IMG/VR virus record: IMGVR_UViG_3300037423_002137
Coordinates: 1-33,513 of that record
Direction: 5' to 3' (one strand)
Length of the DNA: 33,513 nucleotides
Source: a virus
Lineage: Duplodnaviria; Caudoviricetes
Shown here: in pieces, positions 16,263 to 23,605 of the stretch
Layout of the letters: every line of letters starts with the position of its first letter
How positions within the stretch are numbered: position 1 is the first letter of the stretch
The notes under the pieces: generated by a model
Seen by the model: only the letters and a program-made list of their open reading frames with translations
Databases searched by the model: none
Told to the model about the DNA's origin: nothing
Program-made: the position numbers and the translations under genes

Positions 16263-16461
16263 AAAGGTTGCCTTTCATCGCGTTGTGCTCGTGCCCAGAG
16301 GCAACCGTTTACAGGCGACGAAAGTGAGAAAGAACAGGCCGATGGAACGATTGCCCCTGCTCGGCGGAACACAGGGTTACATGTGACGAGACTGAACCGC
16401 TCTCATCACGGGCGGTTCGGATCGTTCCCGACCGCGCACCGCGCACTAAGCCCACGGGGAG
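16263..16461 (-). ncRNA. Putative structured RNA domain 5' of the tRNA-like element
   Basis: GGTCG-GGAACGAT/ATCGTTCC-AT-CGGCC encloses GAACCGC/GCGGTTC and CCCTG/CAGGG; GGTTGCCT/AGGCAACC abuts the tRNA-like 5' end. Confidence 0.55.
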
Positions 16462-17604
16462 CTACTGCTTCGCTGGGGAAGAAGGTTGCGAAGGGAGGTC
16501 AGGGACGAGGACGGTCCAACCGGTCGGGGCCGAGTCGAGCAAGTCCACGAGGAACGGGTTGAACTTGGTCTCTTCCCACTCCTTCCGACGGGCTTCGATT
16601 TTCTCCTGACCGAGGGTGCTCAAGAGCGCATCGAACACCTTGCCGGTGACGCGGCGCACGCTGTTCTTCGGATCGCCGGAGACCCGGCCGAGGAGGCAAT
16701 GCAGGTCGATCGCTTCCTGCTCGCTCAAGTCGAGGACGACCTGGACGCGGGACACGTCGCTGCCGCAGAGAGCGCACTCGCCCGAGAACTGAGTGACGGA
16801 GACCCGGGCGTCCGGGGTGACGGGTGACGGCGTCGCGCTGGGCGCGGTATCCGCGGTCTCGATGCGGCGATACGTCTTCGTGAAGACCTCCGGATCGTAA
16901 GCCATGCCGGCCGTTTCCGTCACAGGGCGGAGGACCTCCGTGAAAACGCCTTTGAAGATGTCGGTCTTCAGCATCGTCTCGCCCTTCGTCAACTCACGGT
17001 AACCGACAGGTGTGCCGTCCGCGTTCAGGGGGATGTCGAGCTTGTCGGAAGGCTTCGCCGACAGGCCGTCACCGCCTTCCGAGACCGCACGAAGCAGCCC
17101 CTCAAGTGCGTCGAACGGGTCCTCCCCGTCGGTGTCACCCGGCGCGGCAGCGTCAGCCTTGAACGGCTCACATCCGGGCGCGACGTGGGCATTGTCAACT
17201 GGCGGCTGCTCCGCAGGGGCGGCGCCATCGACGAGACGGGCGTCGCGGTAAACTTCGCCGTTCATCGAGTCGATTCGGTTGCCGATCATCATATTCGCCC
17301 ACTCGTTGATGTCGGCGAGCCAGTCGCCTTCCTGGATCCGTCCCGAGGAGACAGGGACGAACCCGAAAGGGATCGCGGAATCGCCATCCTCAACCTTGCG
17401 GTAGGTCGGGAAATGCTTGTCGAGCTCCGCTTCAGGGCCGGGATTGTAAGGACTCCCGACGTCTTCGTGCCCGGAGCGGCTTTCGAAAAAGCCGAGGCCG
17501 CGGTCAACGATGTCGGTCGCGAGGATGGTTTCACCTTTGTTCAGTTCACGGAAGCCAATCGGTTTCCCGGCGGCGGTTTTAGCAATATCGGATGTATTGG
17601 TCAT
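16462..17604 (-). CDS. Acidic multi-module hypothetical protein (380 aa)
   Basis: Repeated P.G[FY]REL.KGET....D...TYR[KR] modules; start preceded by a TTGTCCCTACCA box. Confidence 0.85.
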   Translation of the reverse strand: MTNTSDIAKTAAGKPIGFRELNKGETILATDIVDRGLGFFESRSGHEDVGSPYNPGPEAELDKHFPTYRKVEDGDSAIPFGFVPVSSGRIQEGDWLADINEWANMMIGNRIDSMNGEVYRDARLVDGAAPAEQPPVDNAHVAPGCEPFKADAAAPGDTDGEDPFDALEGLLRAVSEGGDGLSAKPSDKLDIPLNADGTPVGYRELTKGETMLKTDIFKGVFTEVLRPVTETAGMAYDPEVFTKTYRRIETADTAPSATPSPVTPDARVSVTQFSGECALCGSDVSRVQVVLDLSEQEAIDLHCLLGRVSGDPKNSVRRVTGKVFDALLSTLGQEKIEARRKEWEETKFNPFLVDLLDSAPTGWTVLVPDLPSQPSSPAKQ

Positions 17605-17632
17605 GGTTTTGGTAGGGACAAAGTGGGTGCGG

Positions 17633-18076
17633 TCAGCCGATCGGCTGGACCTTGGGTTTCGGGCCGCGTTTCGCGGGCGGCCGGCGGAAAATAAACGAGG
17701 AGGCGAGGACGGGCTTCTTCAGCGACCCCTGAGCGTAGGCGCCCGTGGCGCCGATGAAATCGCCCTTCTGCACTTGGCCGTGGTAGACACGGACCCAGCC
17801 CTCGGGCGGTTGGAAATTGTTAATGGACATTTTGACGTTGGTGAAAATTCCGGCGTGGCTCAGTTCGACGAGAGCAAGGTCGCGGGCTTCGTCCGTTTCG
17901 GTCTCGAGGAGCGATTTGAGCGCGGCGAGGATTTCGGGGAGCCGGGTTCCCTGGTCGATGGTGAGAGCGAAGAGGCGTTCCGCTTCCTTCGGGTCGGTCG
18001 GCTGCGTCACCGTCTCGAGTAGGTGCTTGATCACAGGCAGCGCATTGAGCGCGGCCTGAGTTGGCGTGGTGCTCAC
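17633..18076 (-). CDS. Hypothetical protein (147 aa)
   Basis: The GTG start overlaps the upstream stop (GTGA). The C-terminal PEGWVRVYHGQVQKGD module resembles those in the next gene. Confidence 0.7.
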   Translation of the reverse strand: MSTTPTQAALNALPVIKHLLETVTQPTDPKEAERLFALTIDQGTRLPEILAALKSLLETETDEARDLALVELSHAGIFTNVKMSINNFQPPEGWVRVYHGQVQKGDFIGATGAYAQGSLKKPVLASSFIFRRPPAKRGPKPKVQPIG

Positions 18077-18417
18077 AACGCGTCCTCCTTTGCCATTTGG
18101 GCGAGAAGTTGCCCTGCCCGCGCTTCGATTCTGGCGAGGGTTTCCTGCGCCTTCTCGAAATCGTGACGGCAAACTTCGGTGCTGAAGCGGGCGCCGAGCA
18201 AAAAGAGCTCGTAGTCATGCGGAACGCCGCGGCCCGTGCGGAGGAGACGCGCGTCCTGGTTGCCGACGGCGCAGGTTTTCCAACTCGAGGCGAGCGAGCG
18301 GACGTAGGTCAGGGCGTCGGGGAACCGGTCTTCCGGGTAGACGGTGGCCCGGGGATTCGCGAGACATTCGTTCCAGTTGAACGGGGGCAGGCCCTTCGTT
18401 TCGGCGAACGTTTTCAT
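18073..18417 (-). CDS. Hypothetical protein (114 aa)
   Basis: Tiles with overlaps on both sides; contains WKTCAVG. Confidence 0.75.
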   Translation of the reverse strand: MKTFAETKGLPPFNWNECLANPRATVYPEDRFPDALTYVRSLASSWKTCAVGNQDARLLRTGRGVPHDYELFLLGARFSTEVCRHDFEKAQETLARIEARAGQLLAQMAKEDAL

Positions 18418-18815
18418 CAGTCGGTGATCGTTGGCGATTCAACGGCGTTGATGGATTCCGAGGACGTTACCACGGTCTTGCCGTAGGTCGGTCGGGAGTA
18501 GCGGTTGAGCTCGACGCGCTCGGTCACGACGATCACCTCGGAGAGGCGAAACATGGCCGCCGCGTGCTCGGCGAGAGCGAGGACGTTGTCGCTATCGGTG
18601 ATGACCTCGAGCCGGAGCGTGCGCTCGTGGCTCACCTGCCCCGTCCCGTCATTCTGCCAGCCACCGTCGACGATCGCCGCGGTGAACCCGCCGTAGACGG
18701 TGAGAACGAGGTTCTTGATGCGCCGGACCTCGGGCTTCTGCTCAAGGTCGCGGTCGGTGAGGCCGTCACTGAACGGGAGCCACGAGAGGCCGATGTAAAG
18801 GGTATGGCGATACAT
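18417..18815 (-). CDS. DUF3574-like / SAM-lyase-fold-like protein
   Basis: LYIGL...GGFT....GGW.....V.HE.T..LEV...F..SEVIV pattern. The family was recognised by eye. Confidence 0.55.
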   Translation of the reverse strand: MYRHTLYIGLSWLPFSDGLTDRDLEQKPEVRRIKNLVLTVYGGFTAAIVDGGWQNDGTGQVSHERTLRLEVITDSDNVLALAEHAAAMFRLSEVIVVTERVELNRYSRPTYGKTVVTSSESINAVESPTITD

Positions 18816-18826
18816 GGTGGCTCCGC

Positions 18827-19123
18827 TCAGATGTCCGAGCCGTGGGACACGGCGTCGGTGTGTTGAAAGTGCCGCACGGCGCGCGCCCGATGCGACCGGG
18901 AGCGGTGATACTTTTTCTCCTCTTCACGGCGGCGCTTTTCCCGCCGGCGTTTGAAGATGTAAGCGACCGTCGCGATGACGATCACCGCCCCGAGGGCAGC
19001 TTCGCCCTTGTGATGCTGCACCGCTTCAGCCGCGACGGTGAATCCGCCGATGACCGAGCCGTGAATGATGGTCTCCGTGGCGCGCTCGACCACGTCGTTA
19101 GGAACGTCTTGTTCGGAAGACAT
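18827..19123 (-). CDS. Membrane protein with basic C-terminal tail (98 aa)
   Basis: ALGAVIVIATVAYIF followed by KRRREKRRREEEKK. Confidence 0.65.
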   Translation of the reverse strand: MSSEQDVPNDVVERATETIIHGSVIGGFTVAAEAVQHHKGEAALGAVIVIATVAYIFKRRREKRRREEEKKYHRSRSHRARAVRHFQHTDAVSHGSDI

Positions 19124-19127
19124 GGCA

Positions 19128-19388
19128 TCACGGGTTGAAGGTAATGGTGACGGGCGTGGTGACCTGCTCGTATTGCTCCGAGCTGATCTTGAGTCCGGTA
19201 GCGCTCGTTTCAGCGATCCTGTCGCCCACGTCGCCACCCTCCAACTTGGGGCCACAAAACAGCCGCAGGGCGTAGCCCGGGCGTGCCGCAATCCAAAGCG
19301 AGCCGGTTTCGAGCGAACGGAAGATTCCGGGGAAGGTAAACGCGGGCTTCGGAGCCGGCGGAACAGGAGTGACGAGTGTGGAGGTCAT
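19128..19388 (-). CDS. Hypothetical protein (86 aa)
   Basis: ORF preceded by the TCGTCCCTACCA box. Confidence 0.7.
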   Translation of the reverse strand: MTSTLVTPVPPAPKPAFTFPGIFRSLETGSLWIAARPGYALRLFCGPKLEGGDVGDRIAETSATGLKISSEQYEQVTTPVTITFNP

Positions 19389-19426
19389 GGCGTGTGGTCT
19401 GGTAGGGACGAAAAGTTCAGCAGGTA

Positions 19427-19789
19427 TTACAGATTAAAAATTTGTAATACACCGAGGGCGTGGCAAAGGGCGGAATTGGCGAGGGAAGCGGGGGTGGTGC
19501 GATGCAGGCGGGCGAACTTGCGGAAGCGGGAGCGCTCGTCGACAGTGAGACGGACTAGCTTTTGGTCGCCGGCCTTGGTCTCGAGGAGTCGATTGATTTG
19601 TTTCGCGGGTTTGGGATTGCAGCCGGAGGCGATGAAGTTGTTGATCGCAGCCCGGGTGTAGTTAGAGAAGTTGGCGGAGAATCCGGGGACCTCGTTGTTT
19701 CCTTTTTCAAGGACGGCTTCGGAGGGGCGGAACGAGAAATTTTTGCTTTTGGGTTTCGGCGGGGTCAGGACATCAGTTGCAGTGGACAT
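19427..19789 (-). CDS. Putative tandem ribbon-helix-helix regulator (Cro/Arc-position gene)
   Basis: Two strand-helix-helix-like units (KNFSFRP...FSNYTRAAINNF; QKLVRLTVDERSRFRKFA...TPASLANSAL). First gene of the leftward arm. Confidence 0.55.
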   Translation of the reverse strand: MSTATDVLTPPKPKSKNFSFRPSEAVLEKGNNEVPGFSANFSNYTRAAINNFIASGCNPKPAKQINRLLETKAGDQKLVRLTVDERSRFRKFARLHRTTPASLANSALCHALGVLQIFNL

Positions 19790-19992
19790 CGGGATTTAAG
19801 GGAGTTGAGTAATCGTGTGAGGGAACCGGGGTGCCGGTTGCGATGTCCGACAAATCGACGAATTTTGTAATACGTTCAAGGTGCAAATTGTGTAACATTA
19901 CGTAATGCGATCCGGAAAGATAGGTAATACACCTCAACCGACTTGTTTTAAGCTTGTGTCTAACAACGACGAAGATTTTCTGGTTCGGGCGT

Positions 19993-20631
19993 ATGAAAAA
20001 CACCGAATCCGTCCGTCAAACCCAGCAACAACAGTCGGCAAGAGAAGGGACCAAAGTGACCGGCGAAGGCGTTGAAGTGACCAAGTCTTTCAGGTTTTCA
20101 GCTGCCCAGGCGAAGCAGATCGAGGACGGGGCGGCTCGTCTGACCGATGGAAACGAGAGCGAGCTCGCCCGGTTGATTTTCGAGCTGGCCCTGTCGCCAG
20201 TGAAAAAGGGCGCCGGGAAAAGTGGGATCGCGGACGAGGTCCGGCGGGCGACGGAATACGTCGCGGCCAAGGACGCAGCCCTGCTTTTCGAGGGAGATGT
20301 CGAGGGTGTATTGAAAATGCAATACGGCGAGAAAGTCTCGAAACAAAAGCGGCTCGGCAACGGCGAGAAGTATGTCGCCGATTTCTTCGTCGAGCCGAAG
20401 CAGGGGCGAGGAGTCGTGGTCGAGTGCAAGTCCTCGAGCCGCCGTGATCGGTTGGAGCTGGCTCTGGGCCAAGCGATGATTGCGAAGCACCGGACGGGCT
20501 GCCCCGTAATCGTGGTCGTGCCTTACCTGCTGCCCGAAGGCGAGGAGCTGACGAAGAGTTTCGAGACTTTGGGGTGCCGATTGGTGAGCATTCAGGGCTT
20601 GGTCGACACGATCAACGGCCTTGTCGGTTAA
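19993..20631 (+). CDS. RHH DNA-binding domain fused to a PD-(D/E)XK restriction-endonuclease-like domain; candidate repressor
   Basis: N-terminal TKSFRFSAAQAKQIEDGAARLTDGNESELARLIFE; C-terminal FE...VADF...VVECK...ALGQ. Divergent from the early arm. Confidence 0.65.
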   Translation: MKNTESVRQTQQQQSAREGTKVTGEGVEVTKSFRFSAAQAKQIEDGAARLTDGNESELARLIFELALSPVKKGAGKSGIADEVRRATEYVAAKDAALLFEGDVEGVLKMQYGEKVSKQKRLGNGEKYVADFFVEPKQGRGVVVECKSSSRRDRLELALGQAMIAKHRTGCPVIVVVPYLLPEGEELTKSFETLGCRLVSIQGLVDTINGLVG

Positions 20632-20744
20632 TGCGAGAGGGTCTCAATAGTGAGACTTATTCGCATTTAAATTGCATTACTGGCGGTCGGAATCGAGATT
20701 GATGCAACGTAGTTGCTTTTTAAGGGCGAAAACAGAGTAGGCAA

Positions 20745-21010
20745 TTTTTGCAGTGCAAGATAATTTTTGGGCTGATTGCACTGTTTCGGCGTTGTAGTGG
20801 GAACGACTTACAAAACAGTGCAAGAAAAACACCTCTTTTAACTTTGAGGGGAGAGAGAGTATATATTATAGGGCTGGCTACCCTGTAGCCCTGCGATTTA
20901 AAAGTGCCTGCACTTCTTGCACTGGTTGCACTGTTTTTGCCCAACCCTCGTCTTAACCAACGGTTTAGACCCGGAACCCTGGTTGCGCTGCCAAATTTTT
21001 CCTGCACTGC
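20745..21010. other. Putative replication origin (iteron cluster around an AT-rich core)
   Basis: About 8 TGCACTG-like repeats in both orientations, an 11-bp inverted repeat (20776-20786 / 20813-20823) and a TATATATTATA core near 20860-20870. Confidence 0.55.
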
Positions 21011-21049
21011 CCTTGTTTGGGACCCCGGGAGCCGGGTAAACTGTCCCGC

Positions 21050-21667
21050 ATGGACACAATCGAGCAGGTCGCCGAGTCACCGGCGCTTGCTGAGCCGAAA
21101 GCCCCCGCCCGCTCCACCAAGGGCTCGCGAACCAAGATTCCCACAAGGTCTCCGTTTACCTGGCCCGCGGAGCATGCTGCGTATCTCCGCACGATTTACG
21201 TTAACGCTTCCCTCGCCCCTCGCCACGTTGCGGAGCGTCTAAACGCCAAGTTCGGCACAAGCTACACCGTCAAGCAGATATACTCGAAAGTGCATGAACA
21301 GGGGTGGACTGCCGAGAAGGTCGCGAAGATCGACGAATTCGAAAAGACGTCAGGTGTGAAGCACCGTTCGATCGCCGAGCAGCGCGCGACTGCTGAGCGG
21401 AGCAACGCGGAAATCATGGACCGTTGGAAAGAACGGTCGCGGAAGATCGCAGAAAAAGCCTTCGATTTAGCCGAGAGCTCGAAAACAGCGCGTGACCTCG
21501 CCTCCGCCACGTCCGCAGTGCGATCGATCGTTGGCACGTTTCGCCAGTGCGCCGGGATGGAATCGACAAGCGGCGCGCCCTCGCTCACGTTCAACTTTGG
21601 CTTCGCGGGCGGTCCCGCGCTGCCTCCGCCAGAGAAAACCGTTGTTGAGATTGAGCCATCGAAGTGA
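21050..21667 (+). CDS. Putative terminase small subunit (HTH plus helical region)
   Basis: LRTIYV....PRHVAERLN......QIYSKVHEQGW HTH, followed by helices (ARDLASATSAV). First gene of the late arm. Confidence 0.6.
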   Translation: MDTIEQVAESPALAEPKAPARSTKGSRTKIPTRSPFTWPAEHAAYLRTIYVNASLAPRHVAERLNAKFGTSYTVKQIYSKVHEQGWTAEKVAKIDEFEKTSGVKHRSIAEQRATAERSNAEIMDRWKERSRKIAEKAFDLAESSKTARDLASATSAVRSIVGTFRQCAGMESTSGAPSLTFNFGFAGGPALPPPEKTVVEIEPSK

Positions 21668-22152
21668 GGTCTTCACCCTATTTCCCGGGATCCTGAAGCC
21701 CTCGGCGACAGACTCACTTTCTCATTGTGTTACATATCAACACATTCAGATATTTACGACGCACAAGATTCGTTATGTTTAGAATCGTGTCATATTTTTG
21801 CGTTAATTGCTGCTTCTTCGATACTTACAGAATTAAGCATCCCGAAACCCTGAAATCCAGGCATTCTGGCGCCTCGGTCACCCGCTAGACAGCGACCACG
21901 CCAGCTCGAGCGTTTGTGTAACACGCCGCCAGCCGGCGCACGCACCCTCGACCCCCTGACGCCCCACCCGCCGGCACCCCCTGAACCCAGGCCCGCCGTC
22001 AACGGCCGTGTCGCCATCCTAACTGGAAAACTTCCCCTCACTTTTTACAGGCAACCCGGAACCCCGTTTCCCACCCTCCCCGGCTCCTTGTCGCGTCGCC
22101 CCTCGCAAAATTTTTCACCCCTTTCCCGTCCGATTGTGTAACACCCTAGCGC

Positions 22153-22175
22153 CGTCGCCGTTTTCCTGATACCTT
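22153..22175 (+). promoter_or_regulatory. Candidate late-gene motif CGTCGCCGTTTTCCTGATACCTT
   Basis: 21/23 identical to 32721-32743 upstream of the portal gene; a variant lies at 22289-22307. Confidence 0.55.
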
Positions 22176-22226
22176 GTCCCCCGTCACAATCCCTGCGACA
22201 GGCACTCGTTTGTGTGTTGGTTCATG

Positions 22227-22271
22227 GAAACGTCCCCCGGTCGACCAAAGTCGGCGGGGGACGTTTTCTTT
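22227..22271 (+). terminator. Intrinsic terminator-like hairpin
   Basis: AAACGTCCCCC...GGGGGACGTTT followed by TCTTT. Confidence 0.7.
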
Positions 22272-22379
22272 GGTCTCGCTCTTTCGGTGTCACCGTTTCC
22301 GTGATACACCGTTTTCCATCAACCCCGCACTGACCGGTGTGGGTCCCCGGCGACCTGTGTCCCGGGGGTTTCTCTTTTC

Positions 22380-22697
22380 ATGGATCTTCACCCGACCCTC
22401 CCCGGACTCACTCTCGACGACTTGGTGCATCGCGGCCCCTCGCCCAATATCGAGCCGCTTGTTCCAGCGGTGCCGCCCGTCTGCCACCCCGCGATCCCCT
22501 CGTCGGTGGGCTGGATGTGTCCCCGCTGTCACGCCGTCCTCGCTCCGTGGTGCCAGCGGTGCGACTGTCCTCCGTCAACCACGATCACGACGACTCCTTA
22601 TCCGGTCGTCACGTGGGGAGGTCCCTCGGAAGGCACAGAACGCTGTATCGTGCCTCACGGCGTAGTGGCATCGTCCAACCCCAGCGGCCCGCGGTGA
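22380..22697 (+). CDS. Pro-rich protein with a zinc-ribbon motif
   Basis: GWMCPRCHAVLAPWCQRCDC. Confidence 0.7.
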   Translation: MDLHPTLPGLTLDDLVHRGPSPNIEPLVPAVPPVCHPAIPSSVGWMCPRCHAVLAPWCQRCDCPPSTTITTTPYPVVTWGGPSEGTERCIVPHGVVASSNPSGPR

Positions 22698-23017
22698 TGC
22701 GCTACATCGCACACATCGAATGGCTCGAGTGTGATTGCGGGGCGCGGCGTCACGGGATTTTGCGGCTTTTCGAAGACCGCGGGCAGAAGCTCGCCGACGA
22801 TGGAATGCCCGACGGGGCTTGGCTTTGGCGCTGCCACGTTGAGCTCCGGACCCCGGTTTTGAAGTTCCGGGCCGCCCGGCACACTCCGCCCGATGGCTCG
22901 CGGCACCTGCTTTATGAGGTTGCACGGTCCCTCGGCTGCGAGCGGGTGTGGTGGCAGCGGTGCGTCAGCGGACGCCTCGTCACCGTGGAATTTCCGATTC
23001 CGTCCCTTGCGGCGTAG
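22697..23017 (+). CDS. Hypothetical protein (106 aa)
   Basis: MRYIAHIEWLECDCG...; TGATG overlap with the upstream stop. Confidence 0.6.
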   Translation: MRYIAHIEWLECDCGARRHGILRLFEDRGQKLADDGMPDGAWLWRCHVELRTPVLKFRAARHTPPDGSRHLLYEVARSLGCERVWWQRCVSGRLVTVEFPIPSLAA

Positions 23018-23047
23018 TTGTTTTTTCGTTACGCGTTGACGGAGCCA

Positions 23048-23392
23048 ATGAGCACCTTCGTCATTAAGCGCAACGATACGCTGCCCCCGATCGACGCGGT
23101 TCTCGCCATTGGCACTGACGACCCGGACGTCAACACCCCGGTCGACCTGACCGGCTGCACCGTGGCGTTCATCCTGCGGGAGCAGTGTTCCAAGCTCGCG
23201 AAGTTCCGGGGCGCGGGCCAGATCGTCGGTGACCCGACCCTCGGCCAAGCTCGGTATCAGTGGCAGACTGGCGACACGAACGTCGCGGGCAATTTCTTCG
23301 GAGAGTTCGAAGTGACGGACGCCGCGGGCCACGTCGCCAGTTACCCGAGCCCCAGTTACATTCCGATCCGGATTCCGGAGGATCTCGGGTGA
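23048..23392 (+). CDS. BppU N-terminal-like (Ig-fold) virion protein
   Basis: FVIKRNDT.P, VDLTG.TV.F, YQWQTGDT..AG.F.GEFEVT, YP...YI.I.I. Confidence 0.75.
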   Translation: MSTFVIKRNDTLPPIDAVLAIGTDDPDVNTPVDLTGCTVAFILREQCSKLAKFRGAGQIVGDPTLGQARYQWQTGDTNVAGNFFGEFEVTDAAGHVASYPSPSYIPIRIPEDLG

Positions 23393-23601
23393 GCTACATC
23401 CCCGGAACCCTGGCGACCATCACCGCGGCGCCGATTCGCTACGCGACCGTGTCGCCCGCAGGCCGCTTTGCCACGTTGACCGCAGTGCCGGCGCGTTTTG
23501 CAACTCTGACTGATTTCGGTCCCGCCACCCATTCGCCGACGCTCTTCGATTCTCTCGTCGGCCTTTTTGACAGCCTAGTCGGCCTCTTCGATTCGCTCTG
23601 A
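23389..23601 (+). CDS. Small repeat protein (70 aa)
   Basis: GTGA overlap; R[YF]AT[LV] x3 and LFDSL(VG) x3 with synonymous codon differences between copies. Confidence 0.65.
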   Translation: MSYIPGTLATITAAPIRYATVSPAGRFATLTAVPARFATLTDFGPATHSPTLFDSLVGLFDSLVGLFDSL

Positions 23602-23605
23602 TCAC

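Noticed and set aside
16266-16306. GATGAAAGGCAACC resembling part of a SAM-I riboswitch
   Set aside because: The P1 (TTATC/GAT) and GAGGGA kink-turn elements are absent. The segment simply pairs with GGTTGCCT.
20720-21242. Short ORFs across the iteron region and in 21790-22665
   Set aside because: They have no coding-like composition or motifs and overlap repeat or regulatory DNA.
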